Shown here: positions 34,659 through 36,884 of the stretch, in pieces
Layout of the letters: the number at the start of each line of letters is the position of its first letter
Position numbering within the stretch: the first letter of the stretch is position 1
Assembly (NCBI GenBank): GCA_016202425.1
Contig: JACQOS010000210.1
Location: 1 to 36,884 of the forward strand
Source of the DNA: Chloroflexota bacterium
Lineage (GTDB): Bacteria; Chloroflexota; Dehalococcoidia; Lucifugimonadales; JACQOS01
Length of the DNA stretch: 36,884 bases
Direction of reading: 5' to 3'
The notes under the pieces: model-generated
Seen by the model: the letters and a program-made list of their open reading frames with translations, nothing else
Databases searched by the model: none
What the model was told of the DNA's origin: nothing
Position numbers and translations under genes: made by a program

Positions 34659-36674
34659 ATGCCCCAGCGCATCGTCGGCGTCGACGTCGGCGGCACGTTC
34701 ACGGATTTCCTCCTCCTGCGAGACGGACACTGGCGGGTCCACAAGGTCCTCTCCACACCCCAGGACCCGGCCCGCGCCGTGGCCAGGGGGCTGGAGGACC
34801 TTCAGGTGCTGAACCAGGTGCCCGTGGTGCACGGCTCCACCGTCGCCACCAACGCCCTGCTGGAGCGCCGCGGCGCCCGCACGGCCCTCATTACCACCCG
34901 AGGCTTTGAAGACATCCTCCAGATCGGCAGGCAGGCACGCCCCTCCCTGTACGACTTGCTCCAGGACAAGCCCCCTCCTCTTGTGGAGCCGGCCCTCTGC
35001 TTCGGCGCGCCCGAACGCATGGACAAGGATGGCCGAGCGGTGCTCCCCCTGGCTCCTCAGGAGGCCCGGCGCGTCGCCGGGCAGGTCGCCACCGCCGGAA
35101 TAGAGGCGGTGGCGGTCAGCCTGCTCTTCTCCTTCCGCAACCCTGCCCACGAGGACATGCTCTTGGAGCTCCTGGAGGCCCTGTCGCCGCGTCCTTTCGT
35201 GTCCCTCTCCAGCCGGGTGCTTCCCGAGTACCGCGAGTACGAGCGGACCAGCACGGTGACGGTGAACGCCTATGTAGGCCCCGTCATCAGGCAATACGTC
35301 GAGCGCCTGGAGGCCCAGGTGGGACGCCTGGGCCTCAGGGTCATGCAGTCCTCCGGCGGCAGCATCTCGGCCCGCCTCGCGGCGCAGCAGCCGGTGCGGA
35401 CCATCCTGAGCGGCCCCGCCGGGGGCGTTGTCGGCGCCTTCTGGGTCGCGGCCCAGGCGGGCCATCCTGACGTCATCACCTTTGACATGGGCGGCACGTC
35501 CACCGACGTCTCCCTCTGTCCTGGGCGTGTCCAGGAGACGACGGCCAGCGCCATAGGCGGCGTTCCCGTGAGCGTTCCCATGATCGACATCCATACCGTC
35601 GGCGCCGGGGGTGGCTCCATCGCCCGCGTGGATGCCGGCGGCGCCCTCGGGGTCGGGCCTGAGTCCTCGGGGGCCGACCCCGGCCCCGCATGCTACGGCA
35701 AGGGCACCCAGGCCACGGTGACCGATGCCAACCTGCTCCTGGGCCGCCTGGTCCCCGACCATTTCCTGGGGGGCCGCATGGCCCTCTACCCGGAGCGCGC
35801 GCGGGTCGCGCTGGCCAGCCTGGCCGGGCAGATGGGCACGGACCCCGTGGCTGCTGCCAGAGGCATCGTGAGGGTAGTGAACTCCAACATGGAGCGGGCG
35901 GTGCGCGCCGTTTCCCTGGAGCGGGGTTTCGACCCCCGCGAGTTCACCCTGCTGGCTTTTGGCGGAGCGGGCCCCATGCACGCCTGTGAGCTTGCCCATG
36001 AGCTCCGCATCCCCCGAGTGCTGGTGCCCGCCTACCCGGGCATCCTCTCGGCCATCGGCGTGGCCATCGCCGACGTGGTGAAGGACTACTCCCGCACGCT
36101 CCTCCTCCGGGGCGATGGCCTCTCCTCCGCCGCCCTGGAGGAGGCCTTCCGTCCCCTGGAGGCCCAGGCCCGCTGGGAGCTGGCCCAGGAGGGGTTCGGG
36201 GACACCCGCATCTCGCTCCAGCGTCTTCTGGACGTGCGCTACGTAGGGCAATCGTACGAGCTCACCGTCTCCTACCCCACGGAGGCGGGGGACCTCTTCG
36301 GCCCGGCCCTGGCCCGCGCCTTCCACGAGGCCCATGACCGCCGCTTCGGGTACGGCGACACGACCCAGCGAGTGGAGGTGGTCAACGCCAGGCTCAAGGC
36401 CGTCGGCCTGGTGGAGAAGCCGGAGCCACCGGTCCCCAGCTCGGCACGCGGGGCGACTCCTCCCCAGCCCACCGCCACCCAGCCGGTGGCCTTCGAGAAC
36501 GGGTCGTACTCCACGGTCCCGGTGTACAAGAGGGACGGGCTGGGGGCTGGGACGCGGCTCCAGGGCCCTGCCCTGGTGGTGCAGATGGACGCCACTACGG
36601 TGCTGCCCCCTGGCTGGGAGGCCGAGGTGGACCGGTGGGGGAATCTGCTAGCCCAGCCGACGGCACGAGCCTAG
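34659..36674 (+). CDS. hyuA: Hydantoinase/oxoprolinase family protein, A subunit-like (HyuA)
   Basis: N-terminus IVGVDVGGTFTDF, with hydantoinase_A core blocks (GPAGGV; FDMGGTSTDV). Start set at ATG 34659. Confidence 0.88.
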   Translation: MPQRIVGVDVGGTFTDFLLLRDGHWRVHKVLSTPQDPARAVARGLEDLQVLNQVPVVHGSTVATNALLERRGARTALITTRGFEDILQIGRQARPSLYDLLQDKPPPLVEPALCFGAPERMDKDGRAVLPLAPQEARRVAGQVATAGIEAVAVSLLFSFRNPAHEDMLLELLEALSPRPFVSLSSRVLPEYREYERTSTVTVNAYVGPVIRQYVERLEAQVGRLGLRVMQSSGGSISARLAAQQPVRTILSGPAGGVVGAFWVAAQAGHPDVITFDMGGTSTDVSLCPGRVQETTASAIGGVPVSVPMIDIHTVGAGGGSIARVDAGGALGVGPESSGADPGPACYGKGTQATVTDANLLLGRLVPDHFLGGRMALYPERARVALASLAGQMGTDPVAAARGIVRVVNSNMERAVRAVSLERGFDPREFTLLAFGGAGPMHACELAHELRIPRVLVPAYPGILSAIGVAIADVVKDYSRTLLLRGDGLSSAALEEAFRPLEAQARWELAQEGFGDTRISLQRLLDVRYVGQSYELTVSYPTEAGDLFGPALARAFHEAHDRRFGYGDTTQRVEVVNARLKAVGLVEKPEPPVPSSARGATPPQPTATQPVAFENGSYSTVPVYKRDGLGAGTRLQGPALVVQMDATTVLPPGWEAEVDRWGNLLAQPTARA

Positions 36675-36675
36675 C

Positions 36676-36884
36676 AGTGGTTCGAAAATTCGTCTCGGGG
36701 GAGTCCATCCCGATGGGTCGGGATGGCGGGGGTCTGGGGGTGTCCCCCACTGGGCACTGCCCAGACCCACGACTCGCTACCGTCGCCTGTCGTAGGTACG
36801 CGGCAACGCGGGGACAGGGGAGTGCAGGGCGAGCCCTGCTCCCTCTCTCCCTTGGCAAGGGAGAGGGGGTACAGGAGGTGAGGG
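36676..36884 (-). repeat. Modular palindromic element, copy C (reverse orientation, runs off the window)
   Basis: Its reverse complement matches copies A and B at both ends (..ctctcccttgccaagggagag.. and ..ggggacacccccagaccc..catcccgac..gtcgggatggactcccccgagacg..ttcgaaccact). A ~100-nt extra insert replaces the aagaaaagatagc linker. Confidence 0.8.

Overview
This is a gene-dense, high-GC bacterial chromosomal segment. One hand-counted 60-nt line in the tauE-like gene has 45 of 60 G+C. I support about 38 protein-coding genes and see no rRNA, tRNA or CRISPR array. Left to right: (1) A long minus-strand envelope-stress/efflux block (157-8313): OmpR-type response regulator, histidine kinase, HlyD-type adaptor, MacB-type ABC ATPase and permease, a small secreted protein and an HtrA/DegP protease. 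Upstream of it sits a separately promoted Spy/CpxP-like LTXXQ protein. (2) Sortase, a small Zn-ribbon protein, an MBL-fold hydrolase, a GT39 glycosyltransferase and pheA. (3) A HadA/HadB/HadC-like hotdog-fold cluster containing a tandem paralog pair. (4) The stand-out: a compositionally foreign two-gene island (16135-17694). Two hand-counted 60-nt lines there have 31-32 of 60 G+C. It encodes a DGQHR-domain (DndB/DpdB-like, ParB-fold) protein followed by a PC4/Sub1-like ssDNA-binding protein. It has its own near-consensus promoter, lacks any Dnd/Dpd/Ssp partner genes, and is flanked by palindromic repeats and about 680 bp of gene-free DNA. (5) tauE-like exporter, canonical tgt and two DinB paralogs. 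(6) gdh, a ThrC-like PLP enzyme, a NIL-domain protein and a MoaD-type GG sulfur carrier. (7) A cbpA/dnaJ-hspR-clpC heat-shock unit in which the Clp ATPase gene carries an in-frame TAG. (8) Two secreted cupredoxin proteins, a hypothetical gene, ftsK without a gamma domain, and hyuA. A modular family of nested palindromic (MITE/REP-like) elements occupies at least five intergenic sites. The organism is probably a high-GC monoderm-type lineage such as Chloroflexota or Actinomycetota (sortase, HspR, ClpC, HadABC-like genes), but that is inference only.
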